From NCBI GenBank assembly GCA_036918135.1, contig JBALDB010000009.1:32001-96000 (forward strand): a stretch of DNA of 64,000 nucleotides, in the 5' to 3' direction. Within the stretch, counting starts at the first letter, position 1; every line of letters begins with the position of its first letter. Both the position numbers and the translations under genes were made by a program. The DNA comes from Nostoc sp. (GTDB lineage: Bacteria; Cyanobacteriota; Cyanobacteriia; Cyanobacteriales; Nostocaceae). Positions 1 to 8,541 of the stretch are shown here, one piece after another. A model generated the notes under the pieces. It ran no database searches. It was not told the origin of the DNA and saw nothing but the letters and a program-made list of their open reading frames with translations.

Positions 1-1
1 C

Positions 2-361
2 ATCGGTGGGGCTGCTGATATTCTTGTTCATTCACATGCAAATCCTCGTCCGGTGTTTAATTGGGTTCGCCAAAACTGCACCTACGACCGATTAATTATG
101 TATCCTGGCAGTTCAATTATCTGCTGTGCTTGGTGCGAACTCAATCCCCGGTTCCACGCCAAAGAATGGATCTTTCCTAGCGAGTCTGGAAGCGCTCAAT
201 ATGTAGATGCCGGCTGGGATGGGCCGCCGTCTCCCAAAAAAGGTTCAGGACCGGATTACGAACAAGGGAAGCTATTTTGGGTTCCCTCAATGTTGCGTGA
301 CTGTTCTTCAATGCTAGACTACGACGCCAATTTGATATCTTTCCTCTTACAAAATAAATAA
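2..361 (+). CDS. 5'-truncated peptidase M15 (D-Ala-D-Ala carboxypeptidase/endolysin-like), C-terminal part
   Basis: Frame is open from base 2: IGGAADILVHSHANPRPVFNWVRQNCTYDRLIMY, like the GxAADI...W...(F/Y)DxLIxY pattern of M15_3 peptidases. Confidence 0.55.
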   Translation: MGGAADILVHSHANPRPVFNWVRQNCTYDRLIMYPGSSIICCAWCELNPRFHAKEWIFPSESGSAQYVDAGWDGPPSPKKGSGPDYEQGKLFWVPSMLRDCSSMLDYDANLISFLLQNK

Positions 362-363
362 TT

Positions 364-936
364 ATGACCTCCAAAATTCGTGCTTTACAATGCGCCAATC
401 CCAGGGTTGGCTTCACTTGTGCTGTTGATGTTCCAGAATCAAACAAAGTTGCAGGTTTCCTGACTCATATCAAAACCTCACATTGTGACGTGTGGCAAAC
501 TCATCACCTAGAAGAGTTTAAATCCATGACCCAAGCCGCCCGCTATTTAGTTGAGGAATATAGGAGAATGCGCTCCGATTCTCGTGTCCAACAACTAATT
601 AAGTTGGAGTCGATTTTATGGTTCTACGGAGTCTGCAAGAATCAACGGTTTAATGTTAACAATTTGTCGGAGTTGCAGTTGATTTTAGCAACCACAATCT
701 TAGACCAACGCAAGTATCTTCTTCATCCTGACATCCGCCACAGTTATTGGTTGCCAGCAAATAGCAAAAGCTATCAAATGCGGCTTTGGGATGTCGCTAA
801 CCCTTGGGTGAAACCTCTTTATTGGAGGTTTACGGCATCGGATGAAGTTAGCGCAAACCGCAATGAAAAAGCCATTGCCAGCAGGTTTATCGATACTTAT
901 AAAGCCGCTGTTTATTACCTTTACTACCAAATTTAG
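364..936 (+). CDS. Hypothetical protein
   Basis: 190-aa ATG ORF, tightly packed in a co-directional run. Confidence 0.65.
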   Translation: MTSKIRALQCANPRVGFTCAVDVPESNKVAGFLTHIKTSHCDVWQTHHLEEFKSMTQAARYLVEEYRRMRSDSRVQQLIKLESILWFYGVCKNQRFNVNNLSELQLILATTILDQRKYLLHPDIRHSYWLPANSKSYQMRLWDVANPWVKPLYWRFTASDEVSANRNEKAIASRFIDTYKAAVYYLYYQI

Positions 937-941
937 TTGGT

Positions 942-1724
942 ATGAAAATGGCACGAAAACCTAGTAAAAAACAGAGGCACTGGGTTGAGGAATTTTGCAA
1001 GCAGCGACCCAAAAGCCGAATCATCAATATCAAGGATGCGACTTGCGGCTATTTCTACTACACGATCGCCTGGGATGAAGACCTGCCTGTATACGCACCT
1101 TCAAATGAGGAGGACGAGGAGTTGGATCTAGGCATGGGTTGGATAACGCACCAGCTATATGTCGAATTGACTCCAGCAGGGATTGACCGCTTGCGGCAAC
1201 AGACAATTATGGATATTGTTTATCCCCACTGCCAACTCAATTGGCGGCGGTCGATGGTAACTGCCCAAACGGTATTGCCCATTCCTCAAGTATTGGAACT
1301 TCCGCCCGAACCAGTAAAGCGGACTACCTCCAAGCGACGGAAAAAGTCTAATTTGAACCTCACTCAACACCAATTGCCTATAGACCCTCTAGGGGAGGAA
1401 ATTTTAGATATTAGACTGCGCCGAGGGGGCGAAGTCCAATCTCGGCAAGATTTACTCTCCCAAAAAGTACCTCATTACTCTTTGGAGATGGGAACTGTAA
1501 TTCATCTCAATCAAGCTTTGATTGATTTACTCAAAGAAGTAAATGCAACTTCCAAAGAATGGGAATCTGCTGAAATGCTTTTGGGGGTAATTGGTGAAGC
1601 GGGCGTATTGCACTATATCAAACAGATTCCAGCTTGGCGCAAATATCACCGCATAGAAGTCGCGTTAACTGTTCCAGTTGTTACGAAGCCCCAACAACCA
1701 CAAATTCAAACTCAATCAATTTAA
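942..1724 (+). CDS. Hypothetical protein
   Basis: 260-aa ORF starting 5 bp after the previous stop. Confidence 0.65.
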   Translation: MKMARKPSKKQRHWVEEFCKQRPKSRIINIKDATCGYFYYTIAWDEDLPVYAPSNEEDEELDLGMGWITHQLYVELTPAGIDRLRQQTIMDIVYPHCQLNWRRSMVTAQTVLPIPQVLELPPEPVKRTTSKRRKKSNLNLTQHQLPIDPLGEEILDIRLRRGGEVQSRQDLLSQKVPHYSLEMGTVIHLNQALIDLLKEVNATSKEWESAEMLLGVIGEAGVLHYIKQIPAWRKYHRIEVALTVPVVTKPQQPQIQTQSI

Positions 1725-1736
1725 CAAAGGAATACG

Positions 1737-2291
1737 ATGGAAAGATTAAACCAGTTTAATGCTATGCAAATAGCAGAATTTCTTGGCGGCCGTTTGTGCG
1801 AACAAAACAACGATTTCATCAGAATTTACGAGCAGGATTGGGGCGGTATTACCATTTATGAAAATGGTGGTGAGGTAAATGTTAGCTTTGAATATCTGCG
1901 GGGATTAGATATCGCTTTACCAGAAGGTATTCGGGCAACTGAATTTACTTTTGCATTTAGTATTCCCTATACTGGCTGCGATGAAGCAGAGTTTGCAGCA
2001 CGGCTACTTTTTTACTTAAGAAAAGCACCCCAAGGAGTTGACTTAATAGATTATTTCAAGAATCAAGAGGAGGAAAAGACATCTACATCTGTATCCGTCA
2101 CTCCAGTGGAAATTCTGGGAGTGCAGAAATTCAAATGTGATTGTACAAAATGGTTGGGTCAAAATTCCGTTTGGCGTATCTTTCTTAATGACAATTTTCA
2201 ATTTGAAGTTTGGCATCAAAGCAAGACTTTATGCGGTACTTATAAAACCTTTGAAAGTGCTTTGAAAAAAGTGGGAATTACTCAAGCTTAG
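1737..2291 (+). CDS. Hypothetical protein
   Basis: 184-aa ORF with AAGGA RBS. Confidence 0.65.
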   Translation: MERLNQFNAMQIAEFLGGRLCEQNNDFIRIYEQDWGGITIYENGGEVNVSFEYLRGLDIALPEGIRATEFTFAFSIPYTGCDEAEFAARLLFYLRKAPQGVDLIDYFKNQEEEKTSTSVSVTPVEILGVQKFKCDCTKWLGQNSVWRIFLNDNFQFEVWHQSKTLCGTYKTFESALKKVGITQA

Positions 2292-2321
2292 ACGCATTTG
2301 CACAAAATCGATTAGCGAGTT

Positions 2322-2347
2322 AGAAGCAGGAAAATTTTCCTGCTTCT
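2322..2347. repeat. Perfect 26-bp palindrome AGAAG-CAGGAAAATTTTCCTG-CTTCT (copy 1 of the 16-bp core; may also act as a bidirectional terminator)
   Basis: Read directly; lies between convergent genes. Confidence 0.85.
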
Positions 2348-2352
2348 TTGGG

Positions 2353-3252
2353 CTATGCTGCAAACTTCGCCAAATCATCCCCAGCAATCACCGTACTGTA
2401 AAAAAGGTAATGGCTGTTAGCCAAGTAGCGGCGATCGCCTTTGACCGTAGACATAAATTCTCGATGGCCAGTGCGCGATCGTCCAACCAAACAACCAGCC
2501 GAAGCATTGTTGATGTTATTGGCTGGGTAATCGTAGCCCCAATGTTGGTTGACGCCAAAAATTCCTGTATCAAGCTTATCGCCAGTACGCTTGAAGTCTT
2601 TATTGAAGTCTCGACAAACAGTAACTGAGCCTACTTGCACTAGCGCTTCATGGGGTTCGGCATTTCCGTGGATTCCGACTGCCCAAGCTCTGTACTGCCC
2701 AAAGGCAATTCTAGCAGCACCGTCGGGGTTCATTGGATGGTAGGTGTAATAACTTCCCGGTTCCGAGGTTGCCTGCCACTGCCCAATGATTCTAGGAACG
2801 TCATCTATGACCTCGATAACCAAGCGCAAATCGTTGAATTCATTGGGGGTATCGTTGTTAAGAGTACCATCAGCATTCAAGCCCTCAATGTAAACTATGT
2901 TGTACTCGCTGCGGTTAGTAAAAATCCGATAATTCTTACTAAGCATATATTTAACAATCTGGCTTGCTAAATCTGTTCCTAGTTGCAACTGTGGTTGGAA
3001 TTCTTCGGGCTTGGCTTCTAACAATTTTTGAGCAGTGACGGAGGAAATAAAATCAATTTCTCCTAAATTAGTTTTCCTTTGAAACTCTTGCAATGCCGTT
3101 GTAGAAAGCGGGCCAAATCTGCCATCGGCAGGAGGATCTAACAATCTAAGATTAATTAGCTGTGTTTGAATTTGAAGTGCTAAGTCTCGGTCTTGGGCGA
3201 TCGCTTCAAAACCAACCTTGATTTCAGTATTCTGAAAGTCTTGAAGTTTCAT
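2353..3252 (-). CDS. Peptidoglycan-binding domain + L,D-transpeptidase-like (YkuD-type) cell-wall enzyme, putative endolysin
   Basis: PG_binding motif IQTQL...DGRFGPLSTTALQEFQ; catalytic-like H-x13-SAGC (HWGYD...NASAGCLV); likely start ATG 3252 (MKLQDF). Confidence 0.75.
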   Translation of the reverse strand: MKLQDFQNTEIKVGFEAIAQDRDLALQIQTQLINLRLLDPPADGRFGPLSTTALQEFQRKTNLGEIDFISSVTAQKLLEAKPEEFQPQLQLGTDLASQIVKYMLSKNYRIFTNRSEYNIVYIEGLNADGTLNNDTPNEFNDLRLVIEVIDDVPRIIGQWQATSEPGSYYTYHPMNPDGAARIAFGQYRAWAVGIHGNAEPHEALVQVGSVTVCRDFNKDFKRTGDKLDTGIFGVNQHWGYDYPANNINNASAGCLVGRSRTGHREFMSTVKGDRRYLANSHYLFYSTVIAGDDLAKFAA

Positions 3253-3279
3253 TTTGAATATTGAAAAACGGAAAGTGAC

Positions 3280-3471
3280 ATGAGTAAAGAAAAAATACGA
3301 GCTTGTTGCAACTGCACCTACTGGACTGGTGGCGATGGAAAACAAAAGTTATTATGTGCCGTCGCACCTATTCCCCAACCTATCTCATTAGCAGTGCTGG
3401 AATTTAAAGATGGCAGAATAGCTTACACAGAAAACTTGTGCAAAGAATTCCTAATAAAAGGTACTACTTAA
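3280..3471 (+). CDS. Small Cys-rich protein (DUF6464-like)
   Basis: CCNCTYW...LLCAVAP...C pattern seen in small cyanobacterial Zn-binding proteins. Confidence 0.5.
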   Translation: MSKEKIRACCNCTYWTGGDGKQKLLCAVAPIPQPISLAVLEFKDGRIAYTENLCKEFLIKGTT

Positions 3472-4192
3472 TCGCGACAATGCCAGCAAAGTTAAACCAT
3501 TTGAAGAAGACCCCAATCTTGGTAAACCCAGCTTCGGTAAGCATGGCAATATTGCTTTCTAAAGTCAGAGGAATCATGGTTCCACGCAAGGATTTAGCTT
3601 TGGAGTAAATTTCGTCAACGCTTAGTCCCATTCCTTCTTTACGCTGCCAATGCAACTGATTAAAAATCTCGCCCATTGTGCTATCAGTATCGGCAACTTT
3701 TTCGACTAGTAAAAATCCACCGCTGGGATTAAGACTGTGATAAATTTCTTGGCAAATATTTAGACGATGTTTGGGATGGATAAACTGCAAAGTATAAAGA
3801 CTGCAAATCAAGTCTACTTCTTGAGGAAAATCATAGACTTCTATATCAGTTTTGATTAACTCTATTCCCTGAAACCCATTGAGAGACTTATTAGCTTCTT
3901 CCAGCATTGGGGATGAGTTATCAATCCCTACAATAGATATTTTTTTACCTACATGCCGCCGATAGATATCGCCAATTGTGCTTCCTGTAGCGCATCCTAA
4001 ATCTAAAATAAGCGAGTTTTTTCTTACAAACCAATCAGATATTTCAGCGACAGCAACTTGGGTATCTAAATAATAAGGAACTGATTTAATAACATGAGAG
4101 TTAAATTTTGGGGCTACTTGGGCGTTAAATTCCCAACTGCCTGGAGCAGCGAAAACACCATCATCGACTTTTAAAGTTGTTAGGTTTGACAT
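3464..4192 (-). CDS. CmoA-like (carboxy-SAM synthase family) class I SAM-binding enzyme
   Basis: WEFNAQVAPKF..HVIKSVPYY, DLGCATG, IDNSSPM, YTLQF, LVEK, WFNF match E. coli CmoA blocks. Confidence 0.8.
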   Translation of the reverse strand: MSNLTTLKVDDGVFAAPGSWEFNAQVAPKFNSHVIKSVPYYLDTQVAVAEISDWFVRKNSLILDLGCATGSTIGDIYRRHVGKKISIVGIDNSSPMLEEANKSLNGFQGIELIKTDIEVYDFPQEVDLICSLYTLQFIHPKHRLNICQEIYHSLNPSGGFLLVEKVADTDSTMGEIFNQLHWQRKEGMGLSVDEIYSKAKSLRGTMIPLTLESNIAMLTEAGFTKIGVFFKWFNFAGIVAIK

Positions 4193-4219
4193 ATTTTTTG
4201 AGATTTCTTGAACTTAAAT

Positions 4220-4918
4220 TTATACTGCTGTTTGTTCTTTTTCTTGCTGTTCTTCGTTTTCCTCCTCAGCATTCGTCTGAATATTTAACATTTCGGCGAT
4301 TACAGTCCCCAGTGCCGCTGGGCTATTTCCGTTGGGACTTAATAGGCTTAGCTTTTCTACCCAGGCTTCATAGGTAGAGACAGGTACGTGTTTGGAAAAC
4401 ATTCCAAACTGGACTTTGACTGTACTTTCCAGTTCTTCTTCTACTTCCTCATCGCTGCGGTTGCGTATTTCTTCAACTACAGAGTTATCACCAAAAGCAA
4501 GATTTTCAGCTTCGGTAATAGCGTTAGCAACAATTGCCTCAGTCTCTTGGCTGGTAAATCCTGTACCCACCAAGTCTTCGCCATCAAAAGTTGATAAAAT
4601 CTCGGCTAATTTATCGTAATCCCAATCTCCCTTGATTTTATTAAGAGAAAGATTGAGAGCCATTTCTTGGTCGTAGGGTAAATCTACAAGTACTGCCGTT
4701 AAGTTTTTAAATCCAGCGTTTCGAGCAGCTTGAATTCTTTGATGTCCCCCGACTACTTGATTGTTTCTGGTATTAACAATTAGCGGTTCTACCAAGCCAA
4801 ATTCTTTTAACGATTCCTCTAGCGCTCCCATCTGCGACTCTGGCATCCAGCGCGGATTTTTAGGATTCACCATTTCCTCAAGCTTGGCAATTGAGAAATC
4901 TTTATACTGTAAAGCCAT
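4220..4918 (-). CDS. ParB/Srx N-terminal domain protein
   Basis: NPKNPR...SLKEFGLVEPLIVN...VVGGHQR...LNKIKGDWD. Confidence 0.85.
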   Translation of the reverse strand: MALQYKDFSIAKLEEMVNPKNPRWMPESQMGALEESLKEFGLVEPLIVNTRNNQVVGGHQRIQAARNAGFKNLTAVLVDLPYDQEMALNLSLNKIKGDWDYDKLAEILSTFDGEDLVGTGFTSQETEAIVANAITEAENLAFGDNSVVEEIRNRSDEEVEEELESTVKVQFGMFSKHVPVSTYEAWVEKLSLLSPNGNSPAALGTVIAEMLNIQTNAEEENEEQQEKEQTAV

Positions 4919-4921
4919 GTT

Positions 4922-5560
4922 TTACCCTAAACCAATTAATTTAAAAAACCTTGCTCCAGCAGCGATATCATCTACTCCAACTTCTGCATACAACCTTTGG
5001 ATGAGTGTTTCATATCCTTGTTTGGAGCAAGTGAAAAACACTTTTGCACTGCGAAACGCTACAAATTCAGATGTTCGTCTTGTACTAAAGCGTTCGGCAA
5101 AAGATTCAAAACTTTCTTCAAATGGTTCTTCGTAGTCCGACATGATTTCTACTAAATCGGATTCGCTAAAACCAGAAAAAGCTATCGCCTCGGAAGTAGA
5201 TAATTCTGCCAAAACTTCTTCTAAGATTTGATAATCCCACTTTCCGTTGATGCGATTGAGGGCTAATCCTAATCTAGTTTCAGCTTTTGGATCTAAATCA
5301 ACTACGTTGACTTCAATCTCCGTCAAGCCTTCTGCTTGTGCTGCTCTAATCCGTTGATGTCCGCCTACTATGTTGCCAGTTTGCTTGTTAAAAATAGGAG
5401 GCAATAACAAGCCAAACTGTTTAATACCGCTTCGTAAATCATTTAATTGTTTTGCGGTAATTGTTCTTGGGTTGTTTTTTGTAAGAGCGTTTGCGGCTCT
5501 TTCAATTGCCCAGGTTTCAACCACCATAGTATTCGGCAATAAAGAGTTTTTTTTCATCAA
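4922..5560 (-). CDS. ParB/Srx N-terminal domain protein (paralog of 4220-4918)
   Basis: NNPR...IKQFGLLLPPIFN...IVGGHQR...LNRINGKWD. Confidence 0.85.
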   Translation of the reverse strand: MMKKNSLLPNTMVVETWAIERAANALTKNNPRTITAKQLNDLRSGIKQFGLLLPPIFNKQTGNIVGGHQRIRAAQAEGLTEIEVNVVDLDPKAETRLGLALNRINGKWDYQILEEVLAELSTSEAIAFSGFSESDLVEIMSDYEEPFEESFESFAERFSTRRTSEFVAFRSAKVFFTCSKQGYETLIQRLYAEVGVDDIAAGARFFKLIGLG

Positions 5561-5605
5561 AGATAATGTTTAAAATAATAGGAGAATTAATGTTTAAATG
5601 CTTGC

Positions 5606-6058
5606 ATGACAAAAAATCGAGAAGCGAAACCAAAGCAGTCAGGAGGCTTCCGTCCTGGTGCTGGGAGAAAGTTCAAAGGAGTTCCCACCGAGAAGATCCG
5701 GCTCAATAGGGATATGAGGGATAAGCTAAGAAACCATGTAGATTGGCTAGTTGAGACTGGAGGGAAATTTATCTCGCAACAAGAATATAGTTCAAACGTA
5801 ATTCTGAAATACACCTCGGCTTGCTCTAATGATGAAAGCCTGCTAAAAGAAATAGCAGAGGATGTTGCGCCTTCTTATTCTCCGTGGGCAACCCTTACAA
5901 TTACCCAAGAAGCTTACAACGAACTGACTAAATTAGTTCAAAAGATTGAGCCTCTAACACTTGTATATACCAATTTGTCTAATGTTTTTACAGTGATAAT
6001 ACTGAAAGAGATTAGGAAACAGAAAAAAGTAGTGTCTGCACCACGCTCCGAATCTTAG
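5606..6058 (+). CDS. Putative DNA-binding protein (GGxRPGAGRK motif, possible ribbon-helix-helix)
   Basis: N-terminal GGFRPGAGRK motif common in mobile-element regulators. Confidence 0.55.
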   Translation: MTKNREAKPKQSGGFRPGAGRKFKGVPTEKIRLNRDMRDKLRNHVDWLVETGGKFISQQEYSSNVILKYTSACSNDESLLKEIAEDVAPSYSPWATLTITQEAYNELTKLVQKIEPLTLVYTNLSNVFTVIILKEIRKQKKVVSAPRSES

Positions 6059-6097
6059 ACTTAAGAAATACTACGTTTTTTCACTTAAATAAAAATG

Positions 6098-6126
6098 TTG
6101 CAAACAATCAAAATTTATGTTATGAT
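6098..6126 (+). promoter_or_regulatory. Sigma70-type promoter for the clamp/MTase/Ubl gene run
   Basis: TTGCAA (6098-6103), 17 bp, TATGAT (6121-6126) with extended -10 TGn; AAGGAGG RBS at 6161-6167. Confidence 0.65.
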
Positions 6127-6169
6127 CTAAATGTGGCAAGTATTCAAACTTGCTGTTAGAAAGGAGGAT

Positions 6170-6661
6170 ATGAAAGTTTTTCGACAAATAAATTCCAGTC
6201 AAACGGTTTGGAATTTCATGATATATGAAATCTTTCCTAGTAGATTTCATCTCACGATGATTGATTCAAACAATCATATTTTTTGGCATCGACATTGTTT
6301 TACGAGTTTTGAAAAAGCTAATAGGTTTTTTGAAAAAACCTGCTGCATGATTCGCAGTTACGATTGGCTTTGTGGTGCTGGTGATGCATTAGATTGGTAC
6401 TTTTTTGACAAGTTCTTTCTTCTGGTTGCTGAAGACGCTATTTATAAGCATTGGGCGATCGAGATTATCGAATCTGTTGGTGAATTTCACTTACATCTGC
6501 ACGATCCCTGTGGGGGGCAAGTGGAATTAGATCCAATAAGTATGGATGAGGCAACAAGTTCTGATGCGCTTTTAGCTTGCCAGTTTTATATTGATGGGAT
6601 TGAGCTTTCAAGACATCCCTACCCCGGTCAACTTTCGCTATTTAATTCATCCGAGGTTTAA
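6170..6661 (+). CDS. Hypothetical protein with C-terminal beta-clamp-binding motif QLSLF
   Basis: AAGGAGG RBS before ATG 6170; ends ...PGQLSLFNSSEV. Confidence 0.7.
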   Translation: MKVFRQINSSQTVWNFMIYEIFPSRFHLTMIDSNNHIFWHRHCFTSFEKANRFFEKTCCMIRSYDWLCGAGDALDWYFFDKFFLLVAEDAIYKHWAIEIIESVGEFHLHLHDPCGGQVELDPISMDEATSSDALLACQFYIDGIELSRHPYPGQLSLFNSSEV

Positions 6662-6662
6662 T

Positions 6663-8174
6663 ATGACTGTTACATCAGTTGAAGATTCGACGACAACTTT
6701 TACAGTTGGCGATACTGTAGAAATTTTGCGATTGCAAGATCCCAAAAATACTACCTATAACGGAACAGAAGTCCCCATAATTGGATTTAGCGCTAAAGGC
6801 TGGTTAAAGCTCAAATGTCATGACGGAAAAATTGTGACATTGAAGCCTGACTGGGTATCCCTCAAATATTCAGCCCCAGCGGGAACTGAGGCTGAAGAGG
6901 TTGCCGAGGATTCAGCAGTAACCGAGAATGAAGTTGATGTTCCCGATGACTCAGCGGTAACTGAGAATGAAACCGAGGACTCAACGCCAGAACCAGAAGT
7001 CTCCTATCAAGACAAAAGCACTGGTTACTTCAAATTTTCCTGCAATAGTACAGCTTTTGCCAAGGCACTAGCCCAGGTGAGGCGAGTTATCCGCCAACTA
7101 TCGATTCATCCAATTCTCGCCAACGTCAAAATTACGGCTAATGCCCAGACCAAACGGATTGAGTTAATAGGATTCGATTTATCGTTGGGGGTAATTGTTG
7201 ACTTTATCGCTATAGAAGTGCCTGTGGGCGGGAGCTACACGGTTACCGCCTCCATTCTTCACGACATCCTTTACCAGCTACCTGAAGGAACAATTACCCT
7301 AGAGCGTAACGAATCTTCGCCTAAAGCCAAGCTAACCACAGCTAATGGCATATTTGAAATTTCAGGCAAAGATGCCTATGACTATCCGGAATTGCCCATT
7401 CCCAAACAAAACCTCAAGAAGTTTAAATTGAGTGCCAAAGCGCTCAGAATCGGGTTAGGAAGTACTTTATATGCAGCATCTACCGATCCAACAAAATTAG
7501 TTTTGTGTGGAGCACACTTTGTTGTTAGCCCCGATCGCAAGTTACAAATAGCTACGACTGACGGACACCGATTGGCTTTATATAGTTGCGAACTCAACTT
7601 CGCGTCCGAAATTCAAACAGAGCAGCATTTAACAATTCCAGTTCGGACTTTACGCGAGGTCGAACGATACCTAACTAAAGACGAGTCGATAGTCGAGATT
7701 AATTACGAAGCTGGCGAGTCGGGTACTAGCGTAGTCCAAATTCATCTTGAAGAAGCAATTATTGTCGGGCGCGTCCTTGAAGGTGATTATCCTAAATACG
7801 ACTCGCTAATTCCCAAGAAATTTGCGCGAGAAGTTTGGATAGAACGCCTACCTTTGATTGGTTCTGTCGGACGGGTTTCTGTACTGTCGGACGATAAAAA
7901 CAATTTAATTAAGATGTCTGTCGAATCCAAGAAAATCATCTTATCTTCGGAACACGAAGAAGCCGGATCGGGAACTGAGGCAATCCCAGCACAACTATCT
8001 GGAGAGGACATCAAAATAGCTTTCAATGTCAAGTACATCACTGAGGCCTTGAAAAGCATTGGTACTCAAGAAGTAGCAATCAAAATCAATCAGAAGGCTA
8101 CCCCAGTAATTGTCACGCCCCTCAATGGCTATGACATTGTGACATTGATTATGCCCGTGCAGATTCGAGAATAA
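6663..8174 (+). CDS. dnaN: Element-encoded DNA polymerase III beta sliding clamp with N-terminal SH3-like domain and acidic linker
   Basis: HPILANV, GFDLSLG, TTDGHRL, LEGDYPKY, IAFNVKY, LIMPVQIR; about 120-aa N-terminal extension with DSAVTENE twice. Confidence 0.9.
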   Translation: MTVTSVEDSTTTFTVGDTVEILRLQDPKNTTYNGTEVPIIGFSAKGWLKLKCHDGKIVTLKPDWVSLKYSAPAGTEAEEVAEDSAVTENEVDVPDDSAVTENETEDSTPEPEVSYQDKSTGYFKFSCNSTAFAKALAQVRRVIRQLSIHPILANVKITANAQTKRIELIGFDLSLGVIVDFIAIEVPVGGSYTVTASILHDILYQLPEGTITLERNESSPKAKLTTANGIFEISGKDAYDYPELPIPKQNLKKFKLSAKALRIGLGSTLYAASTDPTKLVLCGAHFVVSPDRKLQIATTDGHRLALYSCELNFASEIQTEQHLTIPVRTLREVERYLTKDESIVEINYEAGESGTSVVQIHLEEAIIVGRVLEGDYPKYDSLIPKKFAREVWIERLPLIGSVGRVSVLSDDKNNLIKMSVESKKIILSSEHEEAGSGTEAIPAQLSGEDIKIAFNVKYITEALKSIGTQEVAIKINQKATPVIVTPLNGYDIVTLIMPVQIRE

Positions 8175-8228
8175 TTAGCGATCGCCATTTAGTCTCCCGG
8201 TTATATGCCGGGAGTTTTGCACCTATCT

Positions 8229-8450
8229 ATGAACGACAGAATTATCAAAGCCGCCCTCATTGCATATTTGAAGACTGATTTAATAGACGAAGAAAGACAC
8301 GAGGTGATAAAGGAGCTGGAGAGCAGGCAAGAAACTTCCAAGCATTTTTGGTCAGATTTGTTAAATCAAGATGAGGATTTAGCTTACCACTACTCAGATG
8401 TTTTAGATTGTCAAGGATCTGGATTCTACGAATCTTTACCAGAGTTTTGA
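8229..8450 (+). CDS. Small hypothetical protein
   Basis: Co-directional ORF within the gene run; start could be 8205. Confidence 0.45.
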   Translation: MNDRIIKAALIAYLKTDLIDEERHEVIKELESRQETSKHFWSDLLNQDEDLAYHYSDVLDCQGSGFYESLPEF

Positions 8451-8501
8451 TACAACGACCGTATAACCTTCTTTCTTCAATGTTGGAATAGCTAAACAAT
8501 C

Positions 8502-8527
8502 AGTTCCAGGAAAATTTTCCTGCAACT
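8502..8527. repeat. Copy 2 of palindrome CAGGAAAATTTTCCTG (core 8507-8522)
   Basis: AGTTC-core-CAACT, intergenic, just upstream of the MTase. Confidence 0.85.
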
Positions 8528-8541
8528 CCAGAACTTCAATT

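Noticed and set aside
6663..8174. Chromosomal dnaN/oriC region
   Set aside because: No dnaA, recF or gyrB nearby; the protein has an N-terminal extension and lies within the element
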